A DNA stretch of 64,000 nt from Felis catus. Taxonomy: Eukaryota. The stretch covers positions 133,240,001 through 133,304,000 of the forward strand of contig NC_058368.1 in NCBI RefSeq assembly GCF_018350175.1, written 5' to 3'. Positions 50,860 through 63,835 of the stretch are shown piece after piece (position 1 is the first letter of the stretch; each line of letters opens with the position of its first letter). A model generated the notes under the pieces. That model had not been told where the DNA came from, searched no databases, and worked only from the letters and a program-made list of their open reading frames with translations. Both the position numbers and the translations under genes were made by a program.

Positions 50860-51380
50860 ACAGGCTCACTCAAGCAAAATGTAAATTACCAAAAATACAT
50901 TGTGTAGCTCCCAGAGTTGTTGGAAAATCTAAAGAATAAGACTCAGCAAATGGGCTAGAAGAAAGGGAAGCCAAAGTTGAGCAGCATTGTGAGTCTAGGG
51001 AGGTCCCTGCTGCCCCAAGTACTGGACACTGCTGTTTGCACCACCAGAGAGCATTTTCCCTTGGAAAATGGGAATTGTTGCTGTCTGCAGAGTGAACATT
51101 ATTGTCCTTATTTCTTTAAGTTACTCATTCCTAATTCAAAGTCTCAGGTGGGTGCATTTGATTGGCCAAACCTGCATCATGGGTATATATCCTAGGTATA
51201 AGGGGGCTGAAAAAGCAAAATCTGACCCTTTAAGATTTTGTACTGGGATGTGAGCTGTCTCTCATTGGGACTCATACAGTGGGGAACTTACCTCTATACA
51301 AAGTAGGAAACATGACAATAAAAATAAGGAGGAAAGGGAGAGGAAGGTATGAGAAAGGAAAAAAAAAACCTACCACAGAG
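50860..51380 (-). mobile_element. Old MLT1-type LTR
   Basis: gggtgcatttgattggccaaacctgcatcatg and gtagctcccagag motifs. Confidence 0.45.
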
Positions 51381-51575
51381 ACATAGGTCCAATTGCTTTT
51401 CAACTGTTCAACTTCAATAGATCTACAAACACCTTGGATTATATTTGAGGTGAAATCTCCATCATTTATCCCAAAATACTCTTTTTCCTTCCACTGTCTT
51501 TCCTTTTTTGATATGTAATGGATATCATTCATCTAGCCACTCAAGCCCCTATACTCAGGGTTATTCTCCCTTCTT

Positions 51576-52971
51576 TTTTTTTTTTTTATATGAAATTTAT
51601 TGACAAATTGGTTTCCATACAACACCCAGTGCTCATCCCAAAAGGTGCCCTCCTCAATACCCATCACCCACCCTCTCCTCCCTCCCACCCCCCATCAACC
51701 CTCAGTTTGTTCTCAATTTTTAACAGTCTCTTATGCTTTGGCTCTCTCCCACTCTAACCTGTTTTTTTTTTTTTTTCCTTCCCCTCCCCCATGGGTTCCT
51801 GTTAAGTTTCTCAGGATCAACATAAGAGTGAAACCATATGGTATCTGTCTTTCTCTGTATGGCTTATTTCACTTAGCATCACACTCTCCAGTTCCATCCA
51901 CGTTGCTACAAAAGACCATATTTCATTTTTTCTCATTGCCACGTAATATTCCATTGTGTATATAAACCACAATTTCTTTATCCATTCATCAGTTGATGGA
52001 CATTTAGGCTCTTTCCATAATTTGGCTATTGTTGAGAGTGCTGCTATGAACATTGGGGTACAAGTGGCCCTATGCATCAGTACTCCTGTATCCCTTGGAT
52101 AAATTCCTAGCAGTGCTATTGCTGGGTCATAGGGTAGGTCTATTTTTAATTTTCTGAGGAACCTCCACACTGCTTTCCAGAGCGGCTGCACCAATTTGCA
52201 TTCCCACCAACAGTGCAAGAGGGTTCCCGTTTCTCCACATCCTCTCCAGTATCTATAGTCTCCTGATTTGTTCATTTTGGCCACTCTGACTGGCGTGAGG
52301 TGATACCTGAGTGTGGTTTTGATTTGTATTTCCCTGATAAGGAGCGACGCTGAACATCTTTTCATGTGCCTGTTGGCCATCCGGATGTCTTCTTTAGAGA
52401 AGTGTCTATTCATGTTTTCTGCCCATTTCTTCACTGGGTTATTTGTTTTTCGGGTGTGGAGTTTGGTGAGCTCTTTACAGATTTTGGATACTAGCCCTTT
52501 GTCCGAATTGTCATTTGCAAATATCTTTTCCCATTCCGTTGGTTGCCTTTTAGTTGTGTTGGTTGTTTCCTTTGCTGTGCAGAAGCTTTTTATCTTCATA
52601 AGGTCCCAGGATTTCACTTTTGCTTTTAATTCCCTTGCCTTTGGGGATGTGTCGAGTAAGAGATTGCTACGGCTGAGGTCAGAGAGGTCTTTTCCTGCTT
52701 TCTCCTCTAGGGTTTTGATGGTTTCCTGTCTCACATTTAGGTCCTTTATCCATTTTGAGTTTATTTTTGTGAATGGTGTGAGAAAGTGGTCTAGTTTCAA
52801 CCTTCTGCATGTTGCTGTCCAGTTCTCCCAGCACCATTTGTTAAAGAGACTGTCTTTTTTCCATTGGATGTTCTTTCCTGCTTTGTCAAAGATGAGTTGG
52901 CCATATGTTTGTGGGTCTAGTTCTGGGGTTTCTATTCTATTCCATTGGTCTATGTGTCTGTTTTTGTGCCA
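51576..52971 (-). mobile_element. Young felid L1, 5'-truncated (~1.4 kb), inserted in an L2 remnant
   Basis: T tract, 3'UTR and uninterrupted ORF2 C-terminus; TSD tattct(c/t)ccttctt at 51562-51575 and 52972-52985. Confidence 0.98.
51817..52971 (-). pseudogene. L1 ORF2p C-terminal fragment (384 open codons, no start, no EN or RT)
   Basis: Frame open from [14 protein letters not shown] at 52971 through the listed 327-aa ORF. Confidence 0.95.
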
Positions 52972-53479
52972 TATTCTTCCTTCTTAAACCCCCTGGTCAT
53001 CAAATCCTTTGGGCTATACATTACAAATGCTTCTTAAATCATTGTTTCTTGCATAGATTACACAGGCACGCCCTAACTATTCTTCCAACCTCTACCATCA
53101 CATCATGGCCCTTGACACCATTGCCACCCCATTTGTGAGATTATTTACTGTCTGCTCCTCCTCATCTCTAGTTCTGCTTTGCTCTGCTCTGTTAATGCTC
53201 TCTCTTCAGTCTGTCTAAGAGTGGAACAGTAAGAGGACCATCTATAAATAAAAAGAATTAAGTTGTGTGATCACAACTCACATCAACACTCTCGGCCTTT
53301 TCTCACTCTGAGGTGAGGAATGTTGGGGAGTGGCAATACTCTTCTGTAAAACCGACTCCCAGGAAAGAGTAAATTGCATAAAAAGGATGCGAGGCCAAGT
53401 ACATCAAATTTCTTAGCAGGCCATGCTGACTTCTCTCGGCTCTGGCATGGCGCTTCTTCATATTGGTCAGCTAGGGATT

Positions 53480-54019
53480 TGGTAATAACCTCTTAGATAG
53501 TGCCCAGAGGACCATACCTTCTAGTATATACCCTTTTATGTCTCTAGCTCATTGAATCTTGGCTGGACTTTTGCTTCCCTTTAACCAATAGAAATTGGCA
53601 GAAATGACCTGATGCTAGTCCTGGGACAAAGTCTTAGAAAGACTTGGTAGCTTCTACTTCTGTGCTTTTGGGAAACCTGAGTTGCCATATTCGATCTGTG
53701 GTTACCCTACTGGAGAGACCTTGTGGAGAGGTTGTATGGGAAGAGACAGGCTTTGAGATTACTTGGGAAGTTAGAGAGTTTCCATCTGTATCCAGTCTTC
53801 CACCTGCCTCCACCAAGGCACCAGTTCTTATGAGGGAGCCAACTCGGATGATCCAGCTTCCTCTTGCCCCCAGATGACTGCAACCCCAGCTGACATCACG
53901 TAGAGCAGAACTGCCTCTGAGTCCAGTCAACTCCCTGAATCATGAGGGCAATAAGATGATTGTTGTTTAAATCCACTGTTCTGAAGTGGTTCCTTACACA
54001 GCAATAGATAACTGAAACA
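53480..54019 (+). mobile_element. MaLR solo LTR (MLT1H-like)
   Basis: tttaaccaatagaa..ggcagaaatgac; ends ttacacagcaatagataactgaaaca. Confidence 0.85.
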
Positions 54020-54538
54020 GGGGTCATTGATTATGTGTGTGATCTTGTTTAATTATTCATCTAACTGAATTCCACTTCTAGGCATTTAGTACATTTTCCT
54101 GTGGGCTAATACTAGCTCTTCAGTGCAGAACTCCTTTAGTTCACTGTCAGCACAGGGCTTTGATTTTTTAAAAGATGGACTCATTCCATGGCCCTTATCG
54201 ATACTTGAAGCCCAGAAAAGCACACACATGACAAAGCTACAAGCTTCAGGCTATAAATTGAATGGGCCAGTGTCCTCCTGCTCTTTTCTCCCTCAGACTT
54301 AGAATAGCACAATTACCTTGGCCAGTGAAGATAGTTGTTTAAGACCCTGAAAGAGATAGATGTAAAATTCCTTTGGTGAGAAATAAGAACAATGATAGGA
54401 GATGAGGGGCGTTTTAATTTGGAGAAATTTGATGAAATAAGAGGGGAATAAAGGAAACCCTCCATATCAAATAATGTGCGTCATGTTTAAAGATGCTATT
54501 GTAAGACCCATTGGCAGCAAGGAATGAATCCTGTATTA

Positions 54539-54965
54539 TGTTGATATTATATTCCCCCTGACATAGAATAAGGCTGTCACTGGGGAACAGTTGTCTGACC
54601 AGGGACTGTAATTCCTAGCACTCTCTGCACCTACGTGTAGTCCTAGGGCTGGTTCTTGTGAATGGACTGCCAGCAGAAGTGATGTATTACTCTGAGCCCA
54701 GGATTTTAAGAAGTTGTTATGCCTTTTCCAGGCTCTCTTTCTACTCATGCTAGCTGGACATGAATGGCTTCAAGGTTCCAGGGGATGAAAAAACTTCCAA
54801 ATGGAAGAGACCTCGATGTATGAGTTCCAACAGTGAGGTGAGTGGTTTACCAACTAGGAACACTCACTGTGAAGTGTTACATGGGAGAAACAAATTTTTA
54901 CTGTGTTTGGGCTTTTAAAAACTTTAGACTTATTGTTACAACAGGTGGCATTCCCTTGGTGAATG
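54539..54965 (+). mobile_element. MaLR solo LTR (MLT1J-like)
   Basis: ccagggactgtaattcctagc..gcagaagtgatgt..ttattgttacaacag. Confidence 0.65.
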
Positions 54966-55000
54966 TGGTTGTTCATTCTTTTAATTTTTTTCATAGATGA

Positions 55001-55402
55001 GACCATTACTAGTTTTGAAATTGTGGGGAATTTAACTCATTTTCCTTAGCCTCTGTTCTCACATATATAAAATGGGGCTAATGCTGTGTATCTCATTGGA
55101 TTATTATCATGCTAAATTAGGTATTACAATATCCCATCTATTACAACTTGTCCTGTACTAAGTGGTTTATAGTTATCAAATCCTTCCAGTAACTATGAAA
55201 TAAATTCCGTTAGTATCTATGTTTCCTAGGTGAGAAAAGGGAAACTTGGAGGGCTGAAGTTTTTGTCTGATGTTACATGACTAGTGACTGCAAAACCAGG
55301 ATTTCAACCAAGGCAGCCTGACTTTAGAGGCCACCTGCCTAAGCACTAGACTGCTATCATTAGGCCCAGCACAAAGCCCAACATAATAAATACACAATAA
55401 AC
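55001..55402. mobile_element. Plus-strand MIR split by a minus-strand MIR (~55140-55355)
   Basis: tataaaatggggctaat (+ core); taggtgagaaaagggaaactt..aggatttcaaccaaggcagcctgact (- core). Confidence 0.6.
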
Positions 55403-58400
55403 ACAATCTCATTTTCCTTCCGCTTCAAGGAAAGAAGCAAGACAAAACCTAATTATCAATATGTATCGATAATATGTATTAATACCTAATATGTATTGTC
55501 AATACATATTATTAGTGTGTATTTGTGGCTAAGTGTACAACACACACAGGCACACACAGAAACTTGTGTGACTTCGCCTTTATTCTCATTCAGTTTGGTG
55601 TGTTCAAATGGGAAGCAAACTAGAATTTCCTCGCGGTCACTGTCAATGCTGCCACTAGCACATATAGGCCCTGTCAACTGGGAATGTTATTTTGTGCTCA
55701 CAGCCCAGCTGCAGCTGCATGGTCAAAAGGACCAGTAAGAACACTGAAGAAATGAATCCCAAAATGACTAATGCATTTTAAAGTTGCTTGTGAAACATTC
55801 ATGCTATCGACCTGCTGGAGGAACGTTGACAGAAAACCCAGCTCCGAATGAACATGACTGCAGGAAGTGGAGGGAAGGCCGGGTCCCTAAAGTCTTTCTC
55901 ATTTCGCTTATTATACCACGTATTTCTTGAAGCAAACTAGTTGCAAGCATCCAATCTGAGCTATAGCTTGGAAATAGACTGACCTTCATAGTTTTGGTCA
56001 GGTGGCATTTTATATACGTGAAGTACTTCTTAAAACATTACAAACCATGATAGGAGTGCCAGTGCTTTCTCTAAAGTCATATCAGCTATTATTAGATTGT
56101 CTACAGAACCAAGCTCAGAGTGCTTTTTCAAAAAGGTACAGCAATTTCCCCCATTCTAATTGCTGTACCAGGAGTAATTTGTCTTCTGGGCTTTGGAGCT
56201 ACTGAACTACTTTCTTCTTTCGCCTGAAGTTTTATCAAGGCAATATGCTTAATCAATGTTTGCTGATGTTTATGGTCTAATGCTTACTGACAGCAGGTGC
56301 AAAAAAAAAAGGTAAATTCCCATCTGCATAAAAATCTTCCTTAAATTCACCCACATGCTGTTTTGCTGTAATTTTAGCAGACAGGTGATTTTTCATGGCA
56401 CCTTCATGCATTGTATCCCCTCCGTGGCTGGCTCCATTTCCCTACCTGCTGTTCCCGGAAGCTGTGCTCTTAGCTCCTTTCAGATTGTCCAATCAGCGTG
56501 TTGATGAACTTTCCTTAGTACTTGGTGTTGATGTGCTGATCCAGGAAATAGACACCCTCCCTGAGTAATTTAGAATCTGTTGCTAATCCATCAGTCAAGC
56601 CAAGCTAGAGGTAGGCTATGGAATTGTACCTTTTGGAGAATAGCAGAAACCCTAAAATAGCTTCATTGACCCGTAGGATCTATTTCCAATGGTCTACAAC
56701 GGAAGGGAATTTAACCAAGGGAAGTCCATTAACCTTGATGATAGTCACTTGGCTAATTATCCATCAAGATCTTGGAAATGGGCACCTAACCACAGCCTCC
56801 TCGTCATCATTCTTTGTTTACTGAAGCAGGGGAGGTGGCTCACCTTTCTGCTCCCCATTAGAGAAGGGCAGTTTGTAAACTGAAGACAGCAAACAGTGCC
56901 CTAGGCAGGCATTTTTTCACTTTGGCGTCATTTCAGTTGGCCTTCGATTCTTTTAGGCAAAGGGAATAGTTTGTCATCCATTTCTGCTGAAGAGTAAGGA
57001 AAAGGGGGAGGGCTTGGCCTCCTGGAGAGACTCCTCTTGGCCCCTCTGGGTTATCAGTGCCCTCTATCAGCTTGCATGTCTATTCCTGTCCTACCCATAT
57101 GCAGGATTGTGCTGCAAATCATGTGAGGTCCAATGTAGATCTTAAATTTTAAAGTGTTATATGAAGTTAAGGCATTATTTTACTCTGTAGAAATAAAATT
57201 TAGTGGCACCATGCAAGGACAGCCTTTGAATCTCAGGCAACTATAATAAAGACAGAAAAATGAAACCACAATACTAAGTGACTGTTTAGTTTGCTTGTTC
57301 TTAGAGAACTTACACAACTGCCCTAAACAGAAGCACTCCAAAGACTCTATGAGAATATTATAGTTATATTTAAATGTAACTGAGTTGTTAATACACCACT
57401 GCTGTTTCACTACAGCTGCTTTCCTCTCCCCACCATACGTTGTTTCTAAAACACTGCACGACAATCATGCTAAATCAGCTTTAAAAAATAAGAAAAAAAA
57501 AAGGGATGAAAGAAGAAGATATCAAGCCCCTCTGGGGGTTCAAAGGCTAGACATAAAACGACAAGCAAGTGAGAATTAAACAAAGCTTTGTGAGAGAAAT
57601 CTCAAAACAAGATGCATCAGAACCAATAGAAATTCAGGATCAATTGTGTCAGCAGATCAAAGACAAGACCTAGCCTAGTGAAGAGCGTTAACTATCATCA
57701 GGGGAGATGCATCCTACTTCCTAGAGTGAAATAGACACTTTCATTCTCTATGGTGATCAGTCTGCTTTTGGGTAAAGATATCCAAATTGAGGAATGCACA
57801 TACATGTACCCATAGATTGGGGTTAGAAACTGAGAAAAAGGTAAATTAGCTTTGTAAAAAGCATTCTAGAGAGCTTAGATCCTAAAGATTATAGAAGCTA
57901 GTGTTGATGTCCTTGTTAAAGGAGTTATCCTACCTAAGCAGGATCTATACCCCATCGGCAGGTATTTTGTAGGAAGCTTTCTTCTCACTGTGCTTCAATG
58001 AGTAACCCTTGCTGCTTATCTGGCAGATAAGCAAAAAACCTGTTCCTCAATTTTAATTTAGCAGACTTAAATAAATGCATTGTTGGCTGAGAATCAGGAC
58101 CATGGAGTGATGGTAGCAGTCATGGTAGAAAGACTTGGCAGGAGTAAACTGCACAGATTTGTCCAGACTCTATTTAGACACCTGCATTAGATGGAGGGTG
58201 ATAGACTGCCAGTACCCTGCCTGGCTGCCAGGAGTCTATATTCATCTCAGTACTGGAACATTTAAAACAATGCTCAAAATGAACCATCCTATCCATGCAG
58301 TACGAGTGATACATATACCTACAAAAGTAAAAAGCTTACAAGTATAAATATAAAATTGAAGTCCTCTGAATGTTGATCTTTTTGGTTAAGGTAAGAAACA

Positions 58401-59149
58401 GCACTCTTTTATCAAGATAAGACAAGGGCCCTTTTTCTTGATGGCTCATAGTCAATAGTAAAAGAATTGTTGGTTCCTAAGGCAAAGGATGGTGTAAACA
58501 GAACTAAAGCCTCATGAACAACAAGCGCGATTAAACTGGTGATTCAGACTGCAGCTAAACTTTCATATAGTGGTTATTAAGTAGAATAGAAGAAAATAGG
58601 AAAATGGGACAGATTAGCTGTCAACTGAATTTTTGTGTAAACTCTGTATGGATCGTGAGAAGGAAATAAATTATTATCACCAAGGGGTACTTGAGAAAAC
58701 AGACTCCGAGAAGTAAGACCAGCTAACCTGCTCTATGGGACAGACAGGTATGTCTTGGGTGATAATCCCGTTTCTGATCGGTTGGTCACCTCATTGTAAC
58801 ATAGTGCCTCACTACTGTTAAATATATGTTTGGGGAAAAATTTTTTATAGAGATAGTCCTGTAAGTCTGTAAATAGGTTGATGTGGAAAATTATGACATT
58901 CTAGGCAGCTAGTCTTTCCTCAGCCTTTCTAAAAAATTTCACCATCAATAGAGTTTAAGTAGAGGATGGGTGAGAAACCCTAAGAATTCAGGTAAAACTT
59001 GGGCCTCACCTTAGTGTCTTTGCCTTGAACAAAGAGCAAATGGTATTATTATCAGTTAGAATAATTTTTCCTATAGAGAATGTATTCCATTCACAGCAGT
59101 CACCTAACACAGTTCTTGCTGAATGAGGATATAAAAGACTTAAATGAAT

Positions 59150-59690
59150 AAATGAGCTAACTGATTCTCAGAGAATTTTAAAATCTCCCAGTCTGATTGT
59201 GGCTTTATCTATTGCTCCTCGAAGTGCTTTAAATTTTTGCTTTATATATTTGAACACCATATTATCATATGTATACAAATTTAAAGCAATTTTTTCTTTC
59301 TGGCGAATTGAACATTTTATCACTATAAGGTGTCACCCCTTATCCCTAATAATGCTTTTTGTCTTAAGACTTACTGTCTTTGACATTAAAATAGTCAGGG
59401 TATTTTTATTTTGATTAATGTTTGGATGTTCTATATTGTTCCATTGTTTTACTTTTCATATTCTTATATTTTTGATGCTCTTATAAGCATCATATCCACT
59501 TGCTTTCTGTAAACCCTGACTGGTTATCTTTGTCTTTGAACTGAGACATTTGGTGAATTTAATGTAATTGTTGTTATATTGGGATTTAAATCTACCATCC
59601 TATTATATTGTTTTTCTTCCCATTCTTTGGCCACTTTGGGGGTTGATTTGAATAGTTTTTGTTGATTATGTTCCTCATCGTACTTCTTCT
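59150..59690 (-). mobile_element. Old L1M endonuclease-region remnant
   Basis: aaaatctcccagtctgattgtggctttatctatt..tttttgctttatatattt..ggatttaaatctaccatc. Confidence 0.8.
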
Positions 59691-59819
59691 GATTGTCTAT
59701 TGTTACATAACAAACCACCACTAAGATTAATGCCCATTTTAGTTTGGTTATGATGTGAGTTGGGGACTCAGAAGGACTTAGGTGGGCAGCCCTTTCCTGA
59801 TTTCTGAGCTGGTTGTCTG

Positions 59820-59965
59820 CATCTCATCCCAACTCCATATTTACTGAATAATGTTGACAGCTTGAAGTCAGTCTTGGTGGCAGTGTTTATACCATGAAAA
59901 TTGGCAAATGCTGCTATTCAGGGCTTCCTCCTCCTTCCACGGAGAAGTAATGTATAGAACACTAT
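59820..59965. mobile_element. MER63-like hAT-Blackjack fragment
   Basis: ggtggcagtgtttataccatgaaaattggcaaatgct..tcagggc. Confidence 0.6.
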
Positions 59966-61139
59966 TTTGACCATCGTGTTTAGCAGAGAGACCATACAGA
60001 TCCCTTTGTAGGACCCAGGGAACAATAAGTTCCCACATGGTTTCTGGTTGATGGGGTTAAGGGTCCATTATAGAGGAATCACATAGTAACTGGCTCACTT
60101 AGAAGGGTATGACAAATAAAACTGATGTTTCCTATATACATGTTCCTCAGTCTAGTCATATTGGGGCCATCACTAAAAAAAATTATACCTGCAGGGGAGG
60201 GAGTGTATAGCAGAAGCTGATGAACTGTTAAAAACAAATGTATTTTAAGTATTCATAGAAGTTAAAGTCAGGGAAGGAAAAGGTAGACAAAATATATCAT
60301 TTAGAATAAGAATACTTTCATTAAAGAATTAGTAAGTCCTTAGTGTTAGTTAAGAGCCCAGAGAAATCAGTACAGTAAATGGTGAGTTGAGTTCCTTTTA
60401 AAAGACTATATATGGTTTATTTATTGGCTCTAGACAAGGTTTGTACTCTTTTTTTTTTTTTTTTTTTGCCTCACATACTTGCAAAGTAGGACTGAAAATA
60501 GCTTTCACCCACCTTACTGCCTCACAAGTTCCATAGCATGTTGAGGTAATAAATTAGGTTAAAATGGAAGTTCATAAGTATCTGTGAATTACTTTGATTT
60601 AGGAAGAAATACCTGTGTGTAGTATATTGTTATATGCATCCAGAGCCCTGTGTCTTCTTTGAGTGGATTCAATTCCTGTAATACCCAATTAGGGAGTCTC
60701 GTAAGTATATGAAGGAAGTAGATTCTATGGAAAACCTCGCTGAAGCACCATGGGAAACAGCAGTGTGGTTGACTTCCCTCACCCCAACAACATGGCTATA
60801 GTCCTAGATTATACAGAAAAAGTCCTATTTTATAGCCACTACCTGTGCAGTGTCTGCTCTGTAGTGAACTCAGGGCTTTTCCTTACTTCTCCTGGGCCTT
60901 TGTTACATTAACATTTGAAAACTTATTTTAGGAGGTTGAACTTTAAGCTGCTGTCTCAAGGAACCAGTCATATTACATGTATTTTCTGTTCTGATTCAAA
61001 ATTACAGAAAAAAGCCAGTTACAAAACAGAAAATATGATCCCAAGTTTACTAAAAACATAGATGTTGTCAAAAATATGGAAGGCTAGTTTCCAAATATTT
61101 CTATGATTATTTCAGAGCAGTGGGATTATGGGTGATACT

Positions 61140-61144
<5 letters not shown>

Positions 61145-61212
<68 letters not shown>
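61145..61212. repeat. Compound microsatellite (AC)19(AT)15
   Basis: Counted directly; lies in a probable old L1 3'UTR remnant. Confidence 0.95.
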
Positions 61213-61215
<3 letters not shown>

Positions 61216-62519
61216 GATATCCTAAATTTCAAAAATGAAGATGTATTATCAGAAGAGAACAACGCCCACACAATGCCCCATGTTTATGCCTGGCACCTTT
61301 CAGCAGCCCCAGATGCCCTCAGATTCACAAGATAGTACCTTCAGAAAGGAGGGGTAGGCATGGGATTTGATTGTCCATCAGTAGTGTTAAAAATTTCGTA
61401 TCTGAAATGTATTCTGAAAGCATCTCCCATATAATACTCCTCACAGCTCTACAAGAGGCTTTCCCTGAGATGATGAAGTTTTAGGATGAACTGATGCATT
61501 GAGTCTCTGTTGACAGTACAGGTTTTCCATCTCGGTGTCTCTTACTTCCCCTTCTGGTTCATGCTGCTTCTTTCCATCCTTAAAATCCTATGGCTTGTGC
61601 ACACACAGCTTGCCAGCTGGACCAGAGTTATGGCAAACTAAACATTGACATCATCTGGCCAAACCCATAGCCAAGGAAATGAACATGCCTGATATATGTG
61701 TGTCCTGATTTACTTTGGAACGCCGTTCCACGGCTCACAAAAAAGTCAGTTGTACTTTTTCCATATTGCATCCCAAAACCCACATACTCCTGGCCAAAGG
61801 TTAGGCTGTTTTAAGTGGTTAAGGAAAGCCAGAAAAACCTGCCACATCATATGTACTCTGAACTGTCTGATTAGGGAGAGATTATGTATTTGATGCTATG
61901 TTTTGAATATTTCAACTCCAGGATTTCCATTCTAGACTGTGTGACTTCACCTGGTTATAATTTGCATTTTACTGAAAGAGTCAGCAGAGCGCTAACCCCT
62001 TTGGAGACATTACCTCATCAATCTTCCCTTAGTCCTTGGGGAGAGATGGGGTCAAGCGTGATAGGGAAGAGAAAGCAGACATCAAGCTTTTCTCTTCACG
62101 ATGTGACTCAGAGGCATGGACCCTGGTTCAGAGACGAACGTGGACTCCTGAGTCCATGGTGGGGCTCCTGCACCTATGAGAAGGCATTAGGGAAGTAGCT
62201 CCTTTCTTACAGTGAACCCCCTGTTTGTGATCCATACGGTGGATTCAAGGACCTTCTGGTGGTAGTTCTGTTCTTTGTCTCTCTCTTTCCCTATAATTTC
62301 TTTAATTTCCCAGCATATCCCAGATCCTTTTAGAGTTTAACCCAAACATATAAACTATCTTATTTTGTCCCCTCAATGTCATTTTGTGTTGTGCATTCTC
62401 TTTGTCTAAACTGTAAACTTTTTATGACACGGATGGTACTTTATGATTTTTGCTGCCCAGCACGGCACAACACCCACCCACCTCTCACTACCTCACCCCT
62501 CCTCCCTCTACTCAGCATG

Positions 62520-62685
62520 ATTCTTCTGACTGCTTAGTGTGTGTCGCCCCCTGTAGATTGCAACTTCCTTAAAGGCGGGGAATTTTGGTTCATTTTTGCT
62601 TCTCAAGTGCCTTGAATGGGGTCTGGTACATAGCCTAGGAGGCCTTAGGAATGACTAAGTATTCATGGAAGGAAAGAATGAATAT
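62520..62685 (+). mobile_element. L2 3' end
   Basis: tagattgcaacttccttaaaggcgggga..tctggtacatag..gaaggaaagaatgaat. Confidence 0.65.
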
Positions 62686-62786
62686 TTGTAGGAGGAGCTC
62701 AGTTACAGTGCAGATGTGTGCTTGCTAAGTGACCCAGCACAAGATCACAGTTGACAGCTTTTGGGTTTATAGAGATGGCGAGCCTA

Positions 62787-63027
62787 TTTTATTTTATTTT
62801 GTTTTGTTTTATTTTTTTAATGTTTGTTTTTGAGAGAGAGAGAGAGACTGAGAGACAGAGCACAAGCAGGGAAGGGGCAGAGAGAGAAGGAGACACAGAA
62901 TTTGAAGCAGGCTCCAGGCTCTGAGCTGTCAGCACAGAGCCCGACATGGGGCTCGAACCCATGAACCGTGAGATCATGACCCAAACCAAAGTCAGATGCT
63001 CAACTGACTGAGCCACCCAGGCGCCCC
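62787..63027 (-). mobile_element. CAN-SINE
   Basis: Full body ending ccacccaggcgcccc. Confidence 0.94.
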
Positions 63028-63365
63028 ATGATGCACCCATTTTAAATAGAGAATAGATGAAGGAAGCACAGAAATATAAACTGAATGTTGCCTGGCATGG
63101 AAGAGGGCTTTTCATTCCAGATGATGTAGAAGAATGGACCATGTAACAGAGGTACTAGGGAGAGTGCCATTGAAATGCAAATACGGAATAGGACACTGTG
63201 CATATGCATAGACTGGAAGAGTCTCAACATTAGCAGGATTCTAGGTGAGTAAACAAGGTTTCAGAGAGATGCAGTAATTTACTTAAAGTGCCACAGCTAA
63301 CTAACGTCTGAGCTGATTTCTAATCAATACAGCATATTAAATGATCTTTAACAAATTTTAACTCA

Positions 63366-63484
63366 GGGGTGCCTGGATGGCTCATTTGGTTGAGCGTTCG
63401 ACTTCGGCTCAGTTGGTGATCTCGTGGTTCATGAGTCTGAGCCCTGCATTGGGCCTTGCACTGACAACATGGAGCCTGCTTGGG

Positions 63485-63522
<38 letters not shown>

Positions 63523-63592
63523 TCTCTCTCTGCTCCTCCCCAGCTCGCATTTTCTCTTTCTCTCTCAAAATAAGTAAATAAACTTAAAAAAA
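63366..63592 (+). mobile_element. CAN-SINE with expanded (CT)n
   Basis: Full body; TSD aa(a/g)ttttaact. Confidence 0.94.
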
Positions 63593-63801
63593 GTTTTAAC
63601 TTAAAAATATATCTACTAGGGCCCACATCTGGTAAGCTTCCATGGTTTCTCAGAATCCCCAAAGTATCTTAGCTAATTCTATAGTTAGTGATTGTGTAAA
63701 ATCAAGTGCGGCATTTTGTACAGCTTCTGGTTGTATCCATTCGAACCAAGTTAATCTGGTTTGGGTAAACAAGGCAAACCTTAAAGAAAGACAGAAGTTC
63801 C

Positions 63802-63835
63802 AAAAAAATAAATGAATAAAATTTAAAAAAAGAAG
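63802..63835 (+). mobile_element. Tail-only retrotransposon insertion
   Basis: 34-bp A-rich tract between perfect repeats aagacagaagttcc at 63788-63801 and 63836-63849. Confidence 0.75.

Noticed and set aside
52313..52987. 224-aa hydrophobic plus-strand ORF
   Set aside because: Antisense frame of L1 ORF2.
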